Positions 51,873-64,000 of a stretch of DNA of 64,000 nucleotides are shown here, piece after piece. Numbering within the stretch: position 1 is the stretch's first letter; each line of letters begins with the position of its first letter. The stretch covers positions 101,494,001 through 101,558,000 of the forward strand of contig OX597816.1 in assembly GCA_951406725.2 (NCBI GenBank). The letters are read 5' to 3'. Below the pieces are notes generated by a model. It ran no database searches, was not told where the DNA came from, and was given only the letters and a program-made list of their open reading frames with translations. A program made the translations under genes and the position numbers. This stretch comes from Octopus vulgaris. Its lineage: Eukaryota.

Positions 51873-51873
<1 letters not shown>
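51765..51873. repeat. Foldback with 42-bp inverted arms inside (TA)n
   Basis: acaattgcagcgtggaaggtgtttataagc..agaaac / gtttcttaaatggcttataaacaccttccacgctgcaattgt. Confidence 0.85.
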
Positions 51874-51931
<58 letters not shown>

Positions 51932-51933
<2 letters not shown>

Positions 51934-52625
51934 TGGTGCTGAGGTAACGTGTAACCAATGTATTCACGCTCCTCTCAGTCATAGTTGGGTCAGCAACTAA
52001 ACCGGCTCCCTTCTTGGTTCAGCTTGCTGAATCTTGGAGGAGGATGGGAGTGCGCCTATCAGAACTAAAAACAAGATCTGTTCAAACAAGGGCACAGGAG
52101 CGTTGTCCTTGTCCCTCATTGCACCAAACTAACACTCCAACGGCGGATTAAGCGGAGGAAGCTACATCTTCGAACTCAACGATTGATCCTAGCGGAAAAG
52201 GGCGATGCCAGACAGACTGACTACAAACGCGCAACGCTAATAACATTGGAGCTAGCGGCATTCCGTTGTAACCCATCTTCCGGATCACGCATGTCCCTCC
52301 AGGTAGTGCCACAGCAGAAGGATTTTGGGTCATAGTGCGTGGGGTTCCCCTTGGCAAGGGGATCTCCACTCCAAACGAATTCACACCATTGGCTCGTTTC
52401 TTTTTGATCCAACTCTCCCCGCTTCTTTTTTACAAAAGCCCAACAGGGATACGATAAGGATGGTGGAAGCAGGTTTTGGTGAAACTAGAAACTCCTAGTC
52501 TGGACCTGCACGTTGACGGCAGATAAAAGATGGCCGCCTTCCTGGATCCTGGTGACAACCCAGAGATCTGGTCCTACATCTGCGACTGGACAGGCCTATT
52601 TGGAAACACAACTGCTCACCCTGAA
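51932..52625 (+). mobile_element. GC-rich block, possibly the 5' UTR of a non-LTR retrotransposon
   Basis: Sharp compositional boundary after (TA)n; no diagnostic protein motif. Confidence 0.25.
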
Positions 52626-53025
52626 TGGGGAAGACCCTAGATATATATATATATCACAATTCCCTATCTGGATATTTCCCCAATCCCCCACCTCTAATAC
52701 ACTTAGCTCTCCACAAAATGATTCCATCTTTGAACTTCTTTCTTTCAACACCTCAAATGAAAGATCTCTTCCCTGAAGAGGGAGGCTCGTCTCATCCAAC
52801 GATGGAATCAATCTATAAACATTATTTTGGACCACCAGGCCCTAGAAACATCAGTTGGATTTGTAGTACTTTTCTACAACCCCTTTAATTCTTGATATTA
52901 TTTCTATTCTGTGTAAGTCGGAACTTTTTGTATGTAAACATATATACATTTTTTTGTATTTCATAAACGATGTGGTTTTTAATACTTTTTTATTTTTCAA
53001 AATTAAGATTAAAAAAAGGTGTTTC

Positions 53026-54257
53026 TTAATCTAAAATATACTCTCCTTCATTTTCTACAATGCGCTTCCATCTATCTGATAAACTTTCAAGGCCCCTCTA
53101 TGTTGGAGCGTGTTCATTTTTATTTTATCTATTTATTCACTATTTGCTGGTGTTCTTATTGATTGACACGTGTTTCGCCTTGCGGTCTTTCCGCCCCCTT
53201 CTCAACTGACCTCGTCTACAGAATTCATATTTTTTCGTGCAAATAATTTTGAAAACTGCGGAATGAACGATAATCAGATGGAGCAATGTCCGGCGAATAT
53301 GGTGAATGGGGCATCGTTTCCATTCAAACTGCTCCAGCATTTGGAATGTCATCCTCGCCCTATGTAGCTAAGCATCATCTCGATGGAAGAACACAATGGT
53401 CGTTTTTTCTTCTAGTGCTAACTTAAGCCAAAGCAGCCCACAGTCGATCTCCTTTGTTATCGTTTGTTTTGGGTTTAAAAGTTCAAAGTGGACTAAACCT
53501 TTCATACCCCACCAAACAGATAACAACACCTACATGGGTGAAAACCTTCTTTAACCTGGGGTACCGGTGTTTCTCCTTTCCCTACCCACTGTCTTCGGCG
53601 CTTGACATTTTTATAAAGAACCCATTTTTCGTCACTAGTCACTATTCAGTCCAAAAGAAAGTTCATTCGTGAGACGTGACAGTAAAGAAGAGCACACATT
53701 CAGTATCCGCGCGCGATTAGACTCGGAATGTTTGTGAGGAACCCATAGATCCAATTTGATGACTTTTCCGATGGCACACAGGTGTTGATGAATGGTTGAA
53801 TGACCAAATCCAAGCTTCTTTGCAAATTCCTCAATAGTTACGATTGAATTTTGTTCCGCCGGGGTTTGCAGGACGTCCTCGTTGAGCTCTACAGATCTTC
53901 CAGGACAAGGCTCTTCTAGGCTGTAGTTTCCGGCTCAGAATTTCTGGAACCACCGTTGATAACTGGCTTACGCTTATTGTCTGATCCCCATATACTGCAC
54001 TAATATTCCTCGCACTTTTCGTTGCGTTGTTGCCTTTATTGAACTCATAAAGCAAAATATACCGAATATGCTCCTTTGCCACTTCCATTATGTTAAAATC
54101 GAACTGCACACTCTAAAGCTTGCACTAAGAATAAGGACAAAATAAAATTACTACCTGCTTTTATATCAAGTTTATTCAGGTAGTTTATCCCTCCCCCTTC
54201 AACTTTTGGTTTATACAATTGAAAAAAAAAACGCACTATTTATGGGATGACCCAATA
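53026..54257 (-). mobile_element. Mariner (Tc1/mariner) transposon, transposase pseudogene
   Basis: MEVAKEHIRYILLYEFNKG, QRWFQKF, WVPH, VTSDEKWVLY, HSPYSPDIAPSDYH, LSDRWKRIVENEGEYILD*; 5' TIR-like end TATTGGGTCATCCCATAAAT at 54257; stops and frameshifts. Confidence 0.92.
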
Positions 54258-54363
54258 TTTAACATACTTCATGTATTGACCCGATAACTTGCTTATCCCT
54301 ACATCTACTTACGTATGTATATATGTATATATATATGTATGTATGTATATATAAGTATGTATG

Positions 54364-54396
<33 letters not shown>

Positions 54397-54515
54397 ATGT
54401 ATATATGTATATATGTATACACACTCGCACACACACTATGAGTTTATATATGTTATATTTAAATAGATATTACATACACCATAGGAATGTGTATGTTTGT
54501 GTGCGTGCATGCGTC

Positions 54516-54555
<40 letters not shown>

Positions 54556-54558
<3 letters not shown>

Positions 54559-54843
54559 TTCTCGAGCCATGCTTGGCTCATAAGGGCCGGTTTCCCGGTT
54601 TCCTTGACGTATAGGTTCCTCGCCTGGACGGGACGCCCGTCCGTCGCAGGTGAGCTGCAAGATGCAGGAGGAAAGAGTGAGAGAAAGTTGTGGCGAAAGA
54701 GTCAGCAGAAGTTCGCCATTACCTTCTGCCAGGTATGTTATGTGTTTCGCTCATAAACACACACATCGCCCGGTCTGAGATTCGAACCCGCGATCCCTCG
54801 ACCGCGAGTCTGCTGCTCTAACCACTAGGCCATATGTCTACAC
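54556..54843 (-). mobile_element. Family-C SINE with V-domain-like 3' motif
   Basis: tRNA head shared with 7205-7592; tail cctgcgacggac.ggcgtcccgtccagg resembles the conserved V-SINE motif. Confidence 0.85.
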
Positions 54844-54900
<57 letters not shown>

Positions 54901-55691
54901 GTGTGTGTGTGTGTTTGCAAGGACAAAACAGAACAAAACATTGAATAAAGGATTCAAAATTAGTATATAACTTAATAGACTACTATATACGTATTTATTA
55001 AAACTCAAAACTGATTATTGCCAGGGGTACTTTCATTTCTTCTTTCACTTTATCCAATGTGATTAACTTTTGTGCGTGTTGGGGTGCGAGCCTACTCGCA
55101 AAATACTATTACATATTGTCTCATAGCAATATATATACGTGTGTGTATGCCTGAGCACACATACATATATACATACAAATCGCATATACACATACGCAAA
55201 AACTGATCTTTACTTGTCCACTGTATTACTGAGAAGCACCGAAATACCGAAATAGTCAAACAATGGCGTATAGAAAAGTGATTGCTCGAACTGCCTTGTT
55301 AGACTATTTAATGAAATGCTAACTGAATTATGTTTTATGAAACGAATAGGATGAAAGGAAACAAATACCTAAATTGATTGAAGTAGCGGCTGTAATAGAG
55401 TTAATAAACAAAGAAAAAAAGCAGCTGAAAGATAGAACATAAAAACAATTATGAGTTTTAATTACAGTAACGCAATTCTTCGACTAGAAATGAATTTCTA
55501 TGTTGGAGCGTGTTCATTTTTATTTTATCTATTCATTTATTTACTATTTGCTGGTGCTCTTATTGATTGACTCCCTACCAACACGTGTTTCGCCTTGCGG
55601 TCTGTCCGCCCCCTTCCCAACTATTTCACTCTTTCCTTTCAGCCATTCTGTCCCTAATTCTTCTTTATTTCTCTCTCTATCGCTCTCCTTT

Positions 55692-55737
<46 letters not shown>

Positions 55738-57352
55738 CACACAAAAACACACATAGGCACCTACGCTTCCACTATACCCAATCAAATTATTCATTATTCA
55801 GTATCATTATTCAGTATTCTATCTCCAACGAGGAGGTACAAGCTGACATGCTTGACATTTTGTCTTCCATACAACAATTAGTTTTTGTTACTGCATCATC
55901 ATTGGAAATTAAAGAAAGTCTTAAAACAAATATTTTCATGACACTTAGTTTCCCCAACCGCTTGACAACCGGTATGGTTTGTTTACATCCCTGTAACCTA
56001 ACCGTTTGCGAAAAAGAATTCGATTGGAATAAACACCAAACTTAAATAAGTACCGGAGTTGATTTGCTCGAGTAAACTCTTCAAGTATATGCCCCATCAC
56101 CACCGATGGCTAAAGCAAGCAAAAGTATGAAAGAATAAAAGAATTTAATGTTATTGATAAAGCATCGATGCCTTCAGTAACATATTTTGAATGAAGAAAT
56201 TACAGGATTCAGTATATTCATCATAAAGCGTGCAACGTTTAGCTGCCACTGCAGTGTGTTATCATATTCTTTGTAAAAAAGTGTGTGTGTGTGTGTACGG
56301 ACCCAACTGTTGTCTATATTCAGAGCTATTTTTATATTCTTTTTTACTCTGAGCACAAGGCCCGAAATTTGGGGAGAGGGGGCCAGTCGATTAGATCGAC
56401 CCCGGTACACAACTGGTACTTAATTTATCGACCCCGAAAGAATGAAAGGCAAAGTTGACCTCGACGGAATTTGAACTCAGAACATAAAGAGCTATTTTTT
56501 ATATTGTACTATAATTATGGAGTTCACTAAGCAGGAAAATCCGATTTTTATAAATAGCGCTTTGCTAACTGTTCAATTAATTAGTCAATTATGGATTCGC
56601 TAAGATGTATGTTTGTGATAAACGTACGATAGAGTATAACAGATTTAATATAAGTCTTATACATCACTACAATATCTACTTAAAAACACCAGATGTAAAT
56701 ATAAATATCCATTTTAAGTTTAAATTCTTCCGAGGTAAATTAAAAGGCAGTATAAATACTAAGAATAGTTATGTGAAAGAAATGGGGTGGATGTACGCAT
56801 AGTGTCCATCTTCTCCATATAACCATTTCTACACAATCGCAGATGAATATTATGATGGTCGAGGATCTAGTAGATTAATAGACTATGGTACAAGATCACA
56901 ATGAATAATTAGTACTGAAATGCCTTCATACATACCTTCATTTATACATGCGCGTACGTATGCATTTATGGAAGTAAACATATTTGTATGTATGTGCGTA
57001 TATGTGTATGTGAGCGAAGATGTTCACTCGACAGTTCGTGTGAAAGAGTTATGCTATTAAAGAGTTATTCATGAGATATCACTAATAAAATAACTACATA
57101 ACAGATTGACGTATTGGAGGTTTAAAATCCCTTGTAGTTAATTTCCTATTTCCACAAGTTATGTATGCCAAAACATTCGGATTATTTATCGCAGCTCATA
57201 CTTCCATAAATTCATACATGCCTCATATAAGTATAGATAGAGAGACAGACAGACAGGTAGGTGGGTTTAGGTAGGTAAGTAAGCAGGCAGGTGGGGTGGA
57301 TGGGTGTTTGGTTAGTGCAAAGAGATTTGGCATGCATATCTGTGTGTATGTG

Positions 57353-57404
<52 letters not shown>

Positions 57405-58299
57405 CATATACGCACGCACACAACTCGCGCGCGCGCATGCAAATAGATAGATCATAAATATAACATTTATCTATGTCCTTATTATACAAGTGCAATGTAT
57501 GGTGTATAGGGGTGTATCTATAAACCAAAATTCCTAACTCGGAAATTATCCCACACTACCATCATATCGCATAATTTTCTTCGTATTACTCACCCGTCTT
57601 TTCTTTGCTTGCAAACGTGTGGTTGTTTCCCCATCGTTAATTAATTTACATTATACTGAGAGCCCTTTCTACCACTACTTATCAAACTAATCACTTCTCT
57701 AACACATCTCACGCCGCCCTTTACATCAACCAATTCCCTCTCAGTCCACTTCCTTCACAATCTACACCTCAATTCCTACATTCTCTGCAACCACCAAACG
57801 TCTACAACTATATCTGCCGTTTAACCTATTTACTTTTTTTCCCTTCCTTCGGAAGCAACATTATTTTACTACTCTATGAAAGCTCCTTTGCCCTAAAATT
57901 TAGACAATTTGCATTCTTCACAAGAAGTAAATTTACCAATTACCAAAGTTTAATGAACCTTTTAATTTCAGCTGTTACCCCCAATACTTTCAATGTAATT
58001 AATGTGTTTTGTATCGCGAACTCAAAACTATTATATCAATCCCATTATGAAAGTGTCAAAATGTGTCCGTGTTAATGACTGCACCTTTGGGATGACACTT
58101 CTATTATTATAAACCTCCTAAGATGTAGCGGGACTAAACCGATAATCATAGCTGTGCATATATCTAGATGACTGAAGTATGAGGAGTAAATCAGTCGATG
58201 TACATAGGAAGAAACCGCTAGGTTAGTGCAAAATGCTAACTTTTAAAAATGAATTAATTGATTTTACTTCAGGATTCAGTCTAAGACCCAATATCTCAC

Positions 58300-58640
58300 C
58301 AATTGAAGGAAGGGCTTTTGCGTGTTATTCAAAACCTGTCTGTGGAATATCACATCTCATGTTCTGTTTATTTTAATTTATATTTATTAACCTGAGAATT
58401 AAGTTAATCTCTGCTGTTCCGAAATAAACAATTAGAAGTGGGTCCATTACAGATTCAGCAAGATTTACAGGATTTATATGACGGAGCAGATTATTTGCAA
58501 TATATCTAAATTCGATATGTTGCCAATGGAGCCCTTTTTAAAAATAATAAATAAATAAAACGTCGCAGGAAATCATCTTCTGTCTTATAAACCCACGGTC
58601 ATGTTTGGAATTACCGGTATATGCTCATTCAGGGACATAT
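58300..58640 (+). mobile_element. Possible ancient CR1/L2 RT remnant
   Basis: LQIQQDLQDLYDGA resembles the LQxDLxxLxxWA motif; very degraded. Confidence 0.3.
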
Positions 58641-61612
58641 GATCACTCAGTACCTCGTAAAATGAATTGCAAACATATCTCATACAAGACTAATTCCTCG
58701 GAGTATTAATATTTTCTAAGTGAACAATGGCTAAAATGGTTAACGAATCAGAAAAATGTTTAGTAGCATTTCTTCCTGCTCTTTACGTTCTGAGTTCAAA
58801 TTCCGCTGAGGCCAACTTAGCCTTTCATTCTTTCGGAGTTGATAAACTAAGTTACAAATGCCACGGGGGTCGATGAAATCGACTTACCTCCTGCCTTGAG
58901 CCAATATTTGAAACCAATATTATTTCATGTAAAATAACACGTCATATGGAAAATTACAACACATACATATTCACCCCTGAAACACTCCTCCTTCGTCTCA
59001 ATAGTTTGAAATTGGAATTTGTCACTGAAAAAACATCCCGGGACATCTGCATTTTTCAGCGATCGTAGAAGTTAAACTATGGAAGACTGGCTTAAAAGTC
59101 ATGTTTATTGACCAAACATCTATTAAACAATTTACACGTAATCTTTTGTTCGTCGCCCATCGAACTTTAAGTACTATACCAGGTATAATTAAACAAATCC
59201 TGTCAATTATGGCCATTCCTTTAGAGGACACTTGGTATTTAGATAAAGCATGTAATACAGCCATAGATTATAAAACCTATTTGGATATTTAGAAGTCGCC
59301 TACACATAAAATCATGTTTGATTGCAAAAAGATGGTTGCAAGTTGTAGTGTTTCATCAAAATCATATTTAAAAGTGATATTGCAGATTTATACATCGGAG
59401 GAACCTCCAGGTTACTGCAAAGTTTGGTCGAAATGGCCGCATTGTAGCCCTACAAGAGGCAAAGTGGTATCGAATTATATAACATTGATATTTGTACACT
59501 TGTAAACTGTTCTCGGTTTATATATAAAATGAACGAGATGGCGAGCTGGCAGAACTGATAGGACACCGAGGAAATGCCTCTAAGCATTTCTTCCGACTTT
59601 TACTTTCTGAGTTCAAATTCTGCCGAGATCGACTTTGCCTTTTATCATTTTCGGGTCGATAGAATAAGAACTAGTTAAGCAATAGAGTCGATGTAATCCA
59701 CTAACCCCTTCCCTAGAAAAATAGAAATTATCATAAAATGCACTTCTTGTTTTTCATCTCCATCAATTATTTTTGACAGTATGTTCAGACTTTTGGCCAT
59801 AACTGTAAATATATGTATTTGTTGTTGACTCTCTGTGCGTGTGTGTATGTACATGCGTGTATGTGCGTCTACATACACATAAACCAACATATAATCTTAT
59901 TTATTTGGCTGCTACTCAGTGGTATGTAATCTACGTAGAATCTGTTCGCTAGCCAATATTACTTCAAAAAATATGTGCTTCATATTAAATATTTCAGTAA
60001 CCGCACAGTGTGGAGGGGTGTAAAGAGGGAGGGGCACAATCATCGCTAAGTAAGTTGGTGCCAGTTTCGAATCCTGCTCCTGCAACCCATACATTTCCAG
60101 CTAAAGATTACTACAATCACTTCCGATATCAGAGGAGTGAGGGTTATAATTGCTATTTTATTTACTTCTAATAAAAACCTGTCTCAACATAATTTGTGAT
60201 GAACCGACTACAGGACCTCTACGTAGTCACTCGACCTACTAGAAACTAAATTTCTGTCAGATAGCATTCTATGATCTTTATAAAAGCGAAGTCGACAAAT
60301 TAGATACTCCAGTAGTAATTAATCCTGAAAAGACGAGGGGATCGTTTCTGGAACACACTGAATTCTTGTTTAGTGCCGATTAGTTTATTTCAAGTGGATA
60401 TGTTTCGGCCTCATTAGATCTCATCAACCAAGCATAATTTAATCGTTACTGCCGAATCTTTAAAGGGAATGTAATATTTGGGATGTATACCTAAGGATAG
60501 CAAAGTAGATGTTAATATATTGAACGTCGTGTAAGGCTGCGAGCTGGCAGAATCAATAGAACGCAGATTACTTAGCGGCATTTCCTCCGTCAGTACGTTC
60601 TAGGTTCAAATTTCACCGAGGTCCACTTTGCCTTTCTTCCCTTCAGGGTCGATAAAATCAGTAAGAATTGAACACTGGGATCGGTGTAATCAAACTTCTC
60701 CCTAACCTGAAATTGCTAGCCTTGTACCAAAATTTCAAATTAGTATATTGAACGTTGTAAAGGTAGTAGTGAGCTGACAGAATCGTTAGCACGGCAGCCA
60801 AAATGCTTTTTAGCAATTTGTCCGTCATTACGTTGATTTCAAATTCCTCCAAGGTCGACTTACTTTTCATCCCTTCGGGGTTGATAAAATAAGTGCCAGT
60901 CGAGCATTGGGGTTAATATAATAGACTTACCCTCTTCCGCCGAACTTATTGGTCTTGTACCAAAATTTGAAAGCAATATATTAAACGTTGTGAGCTAAAG
61001 AAGCTTCCTTAAATGCACATTTGTTAATCTTACTGCTTCCCTTCTTTGGAATAATTTCACTAAATGTTTGTTTGGTTTGATTTGATTTGAATCTTTTCAT
61101 TTTTGTTGTTGTCGTTGTTGTTATTGTCTAACCCTCGGTCAATTCGGTTCAAGTACACATGATCGCCGGTGTGATCATCTCATCTTTTATTCAGAAATAG
61201 TTTATCTAGGATTTCATTATCTAACGTGAAATTGTTTTACGAAATGATATGGAGTTGTTTCAGTAAGATTTAGCTGCTATTTCAACAATACGTGCTACTA
61301 GTGAGTACAAATATAGATAATGAGATGATGTATTCTTATACATCTTCTAAAAGAAAAAAAAACCGGCGTGGACACAGTTGGATTGTCTTTGATCATAGAT
61401 CTAGTCGATAAAATTTGACCTGTGGTTGAACAACAACTGTATGCTTAATATGATTTAATGTTTTGGAAGTTTCCAACCTTGGGTCAATTCTTTGTAAAAA
61501 AAAAACAGAATAAATTTAAATAAACTTTAATACACAAATCGTAATTTTACATATTTTGTTTTTAAGGAAATCTAATGAAATAAAAATAAATATTATGTGG
61601 CACCGGGATTTG

Positions 61613-62050
61613 GGACCTTTTCGGTTTGAACGGCAGTTTTTTCTAGCGGTGTCATGTGAAATTGTCACCCATAATTATGACCCTAGTATCGATCTATTGC
61701 ATTTCAATCTGTTTTAGGGTTAGGGTTAGTTAGGGTTAGGGTTAGGGTTAAGGGTGGGGGGAAGGGTATCTTTTTTTCTTCACAAATGTAAATAAACCCA
61801 ATCTGTTTTTTAAACGAGGGACATATTCATACGGCACAGAATGTTTTTTAACTCAATAGACGTCATTGATTGGTTGAAATTGCAGAAATTAAAGAAAAAA
61901 AAAACAAATATCTTACAAACTATAGAATTTTCTCAATAAAGCCAAGAGAAAAAGATGTTTTATAAACAGATTCTACCAGTATACGAAGTTTAAAATTTTT
62001 TAGTTACCTAGAAATTATGTTAAAAACTGACGTTCAAACCGAAAAGATCC
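61613..62050. mobile_element. MITE with TIRs of about 29 bp, 8-bp TSD and internal (TTAGGG)n
   Basis: GGACCTTTTCGGTTTGAACGGCAGTTTTT / AAAAACTGACGTTCAAACCGAAAAGATCC; TSD GGGATTTG at 61605-61612 and 62051-62058. Confidence 0.92.
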
Positions 62051-62949
62051 GGGATTTGAACCCACAAATGACAGGTATTTGAAATATAAGGTGATGTTAG
62101 CTAGAAAGCGAGGGTGGATATTGTGTAATTACTGAGATAAATACTACCTCATCAGTCATCTACCAAAAGGACTTACTAATGAGACGGGGATATACAACTG
62201 ACAAGGATATATTATTGACAATCGTCGATGGTAATGTGCTTGTTGTTGTTATTGCTGTTATTAGTGTGGTGGGGTGGAGATTTAGTGTTCGTGATAACTG
62301 TAGTGATAGTCGTTGCAATATTGGTGGTGGTACCGACGTAAGTATTGGTTGTCGTATTGTTTGTGCTCATATTTGCTAGTAATATATGTGTGGTGTTAAT
62401 ATTGGTGATGATAATATTGTTGTTGTTGGTGGTGGTGGTGTTGATGGTGGTGATGGTATTAGCATATTAGCGTATTTAATGCATGGAACATTACACAAAA
62501 AATCAAAACTTGAAATAAATACATGCGGGGGAAAAACAATGACATTAGTCGTTTATTATTCTGCATCACTACTCGATAGATGAAAACCCAGCTAATGCAA
62601 AAGACAAAAAAATAAAAGAAAAAGAGTTCTCTCCCGTAGTTGCCAGAAAAACATTAGTCATCGGCTAAAATTTTTTTCTCTTCACATATCTATGTCTAGT
62701 TCAAATTTGTAATATTGAATACATTTAAATACGTAAGCATTAACTAAAACAAAAGATAGTTTGCAAGGCAGCAGTTTTTGCTGATTTTGTTTCTTAAGAA
62801 ATTTATAGCAATTTAGCATGAGAAATGCTAATGACAGACTTAGTTACGATTGCTCGTAAGAGGCTTTATTGTTCTTAGACATTCGTGTTAAATGTAGCGA
62901 TCTAAATCGGAGTTCTGCATTAAATAGATGAATGTATGGCTTGGTAAGA

Positions 62950-63241
62950 GGAGGAACATGGCCTAGTGGTTAGAGTAGCGGTTGAGGGATTGCGAGTTCG
63001 AATCTCAGACCGGGCGATGCGTGTGTTTATGAGCGAAACGCCTAGGCTCCACGCGTGTCCGGCAGAAGGTAATGGCGAACTTCTGCTGACTCTTTCGCCA
63101 CAACTTTCTCCCACTCTTCCTCCTGCATCTTGCAACTCACCTGCGACGGACCGGCGTCCCTTCCAGGTGGGGAACCTATACGCCAAGCAAACCGGGAAAC
63201 CGACCCTTATGAGCCAGGCATGGCTTGAGAAGGAACAAGCA
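62950..63241 (+). mobile_element. Family-C SINE with TSD of about 12 bp
   Basis: A-box tggcctagtggttag, B-box gagttcgaatc; flanks atggcttggtaa / atggtttggtaa. Confidence 0.9.
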
Positions 63242-63582
63242 ATGGTTTGGTAAAATTAAGCATAGGTCTTTACTATGTTTTTTGAAAATGTGGGGCTGGG
63301 ACATGAATAGAACTGTGTTATATTGATTTCAAGCTTTGGAACAAAGCTAGCAATTTCGGGAGAGATGGTAAGTCGATTACATCGACCCATCTACTCAACT
63401 GGTACTTATTCTATCGACCCGCAAGGACGAAAAAGCAAAGTCGACCCATTCAACATTTGAACTCAGAACGCAAAGTTGGAAAAAATGTCGCTAAGCATTT
63501 TCTCCGGCACAGTAACTATTCTGTCAACTCACCGCCATAGACATCTGTTATATTACTTCGGTTGAGCTTTATATCTGACTTA

Positions 63583-63844
63583 TAGGGCCGGTTTCCTTGG
63601 CGTATAAGTTCCCCACCTGGACGGGACGCCGGTCCGTCGCAGGTGAGCTGCAAGATGCAGGAGGAAAGAGTGAGAGAAAGTTGTAGCGAAAGAGTCAGCA
63701 GAAGTTCGCCATTACCTTCTGCCGGAGCTGCGTGGAACTTAGGTGTTTCGTTCATAGACACACAGATCTCCCGGTCTGAGATTCGAACCCGCGATCCCTC
63801 GACCGCGAGTCCGCTGCTCTAACCACTAGGCCATATGCCTCCAC
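63583..63844 (-). mobile_element. Family-C SINE
   Basis: Reverse complement of the 62950-63241 type sequence. Confidence 0.9.
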
Positions 63845-64000
63845 TTATTTGTTATGAGTATTAACCAATTTCGAGTTTTGTGTATACGGTAGCGGTGAGA
63901 TGATTAACCGAAGACGCTGTTGAATGCAATAATGACTTCAGACCATTTATATTTTGGAAGTTTAGTAAAAGAGTAGACTCCCAGGAAATGAGTAGTGCTT

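Noticed and set aside
61714-61754. Chromosome end or fusion site
   Set aside because: Short, single-orientation tract lying inside a TIR/TSD-bounded MITE

Overview
Eukaryotic, AT-rich, repeat-dominated DNA with very dense microsatellites. The SINE and LINE families resemble those of octopus genomes; the taxon is an inference. No host protein-coding gene can be called with confidence, and nearly all listed ORFs are microsatellite artefacts. Recognisable content: (i) CR1/L2-group LINE fragments, one young with an open RT; (ii) Tx1/L1-like remnants; (iii) several Dong/R4-clade pieces next to (TAA)n; (iv) at least two clades of Penelope-like elements (PLEs); (v) a mariner transposase pseudogene, mariner MITEs and a TTAGGG-containing MITE; (vi) four tRNA-derived SINE families; (vii) a 5S rRNA pseudogene. 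The most notable signal is a dozen or more hammerhead-ribozyme (HHR) motifs from several PLE terminal-repeat families. They include canonical cores with long stem II, and foldback mini-elements embedded in microsatellites that carry an HHR motif on each strand. Also noted: a duplicated candidate terminal exon, a candidate core promoter, and a locally templated insertion inside the mariner.
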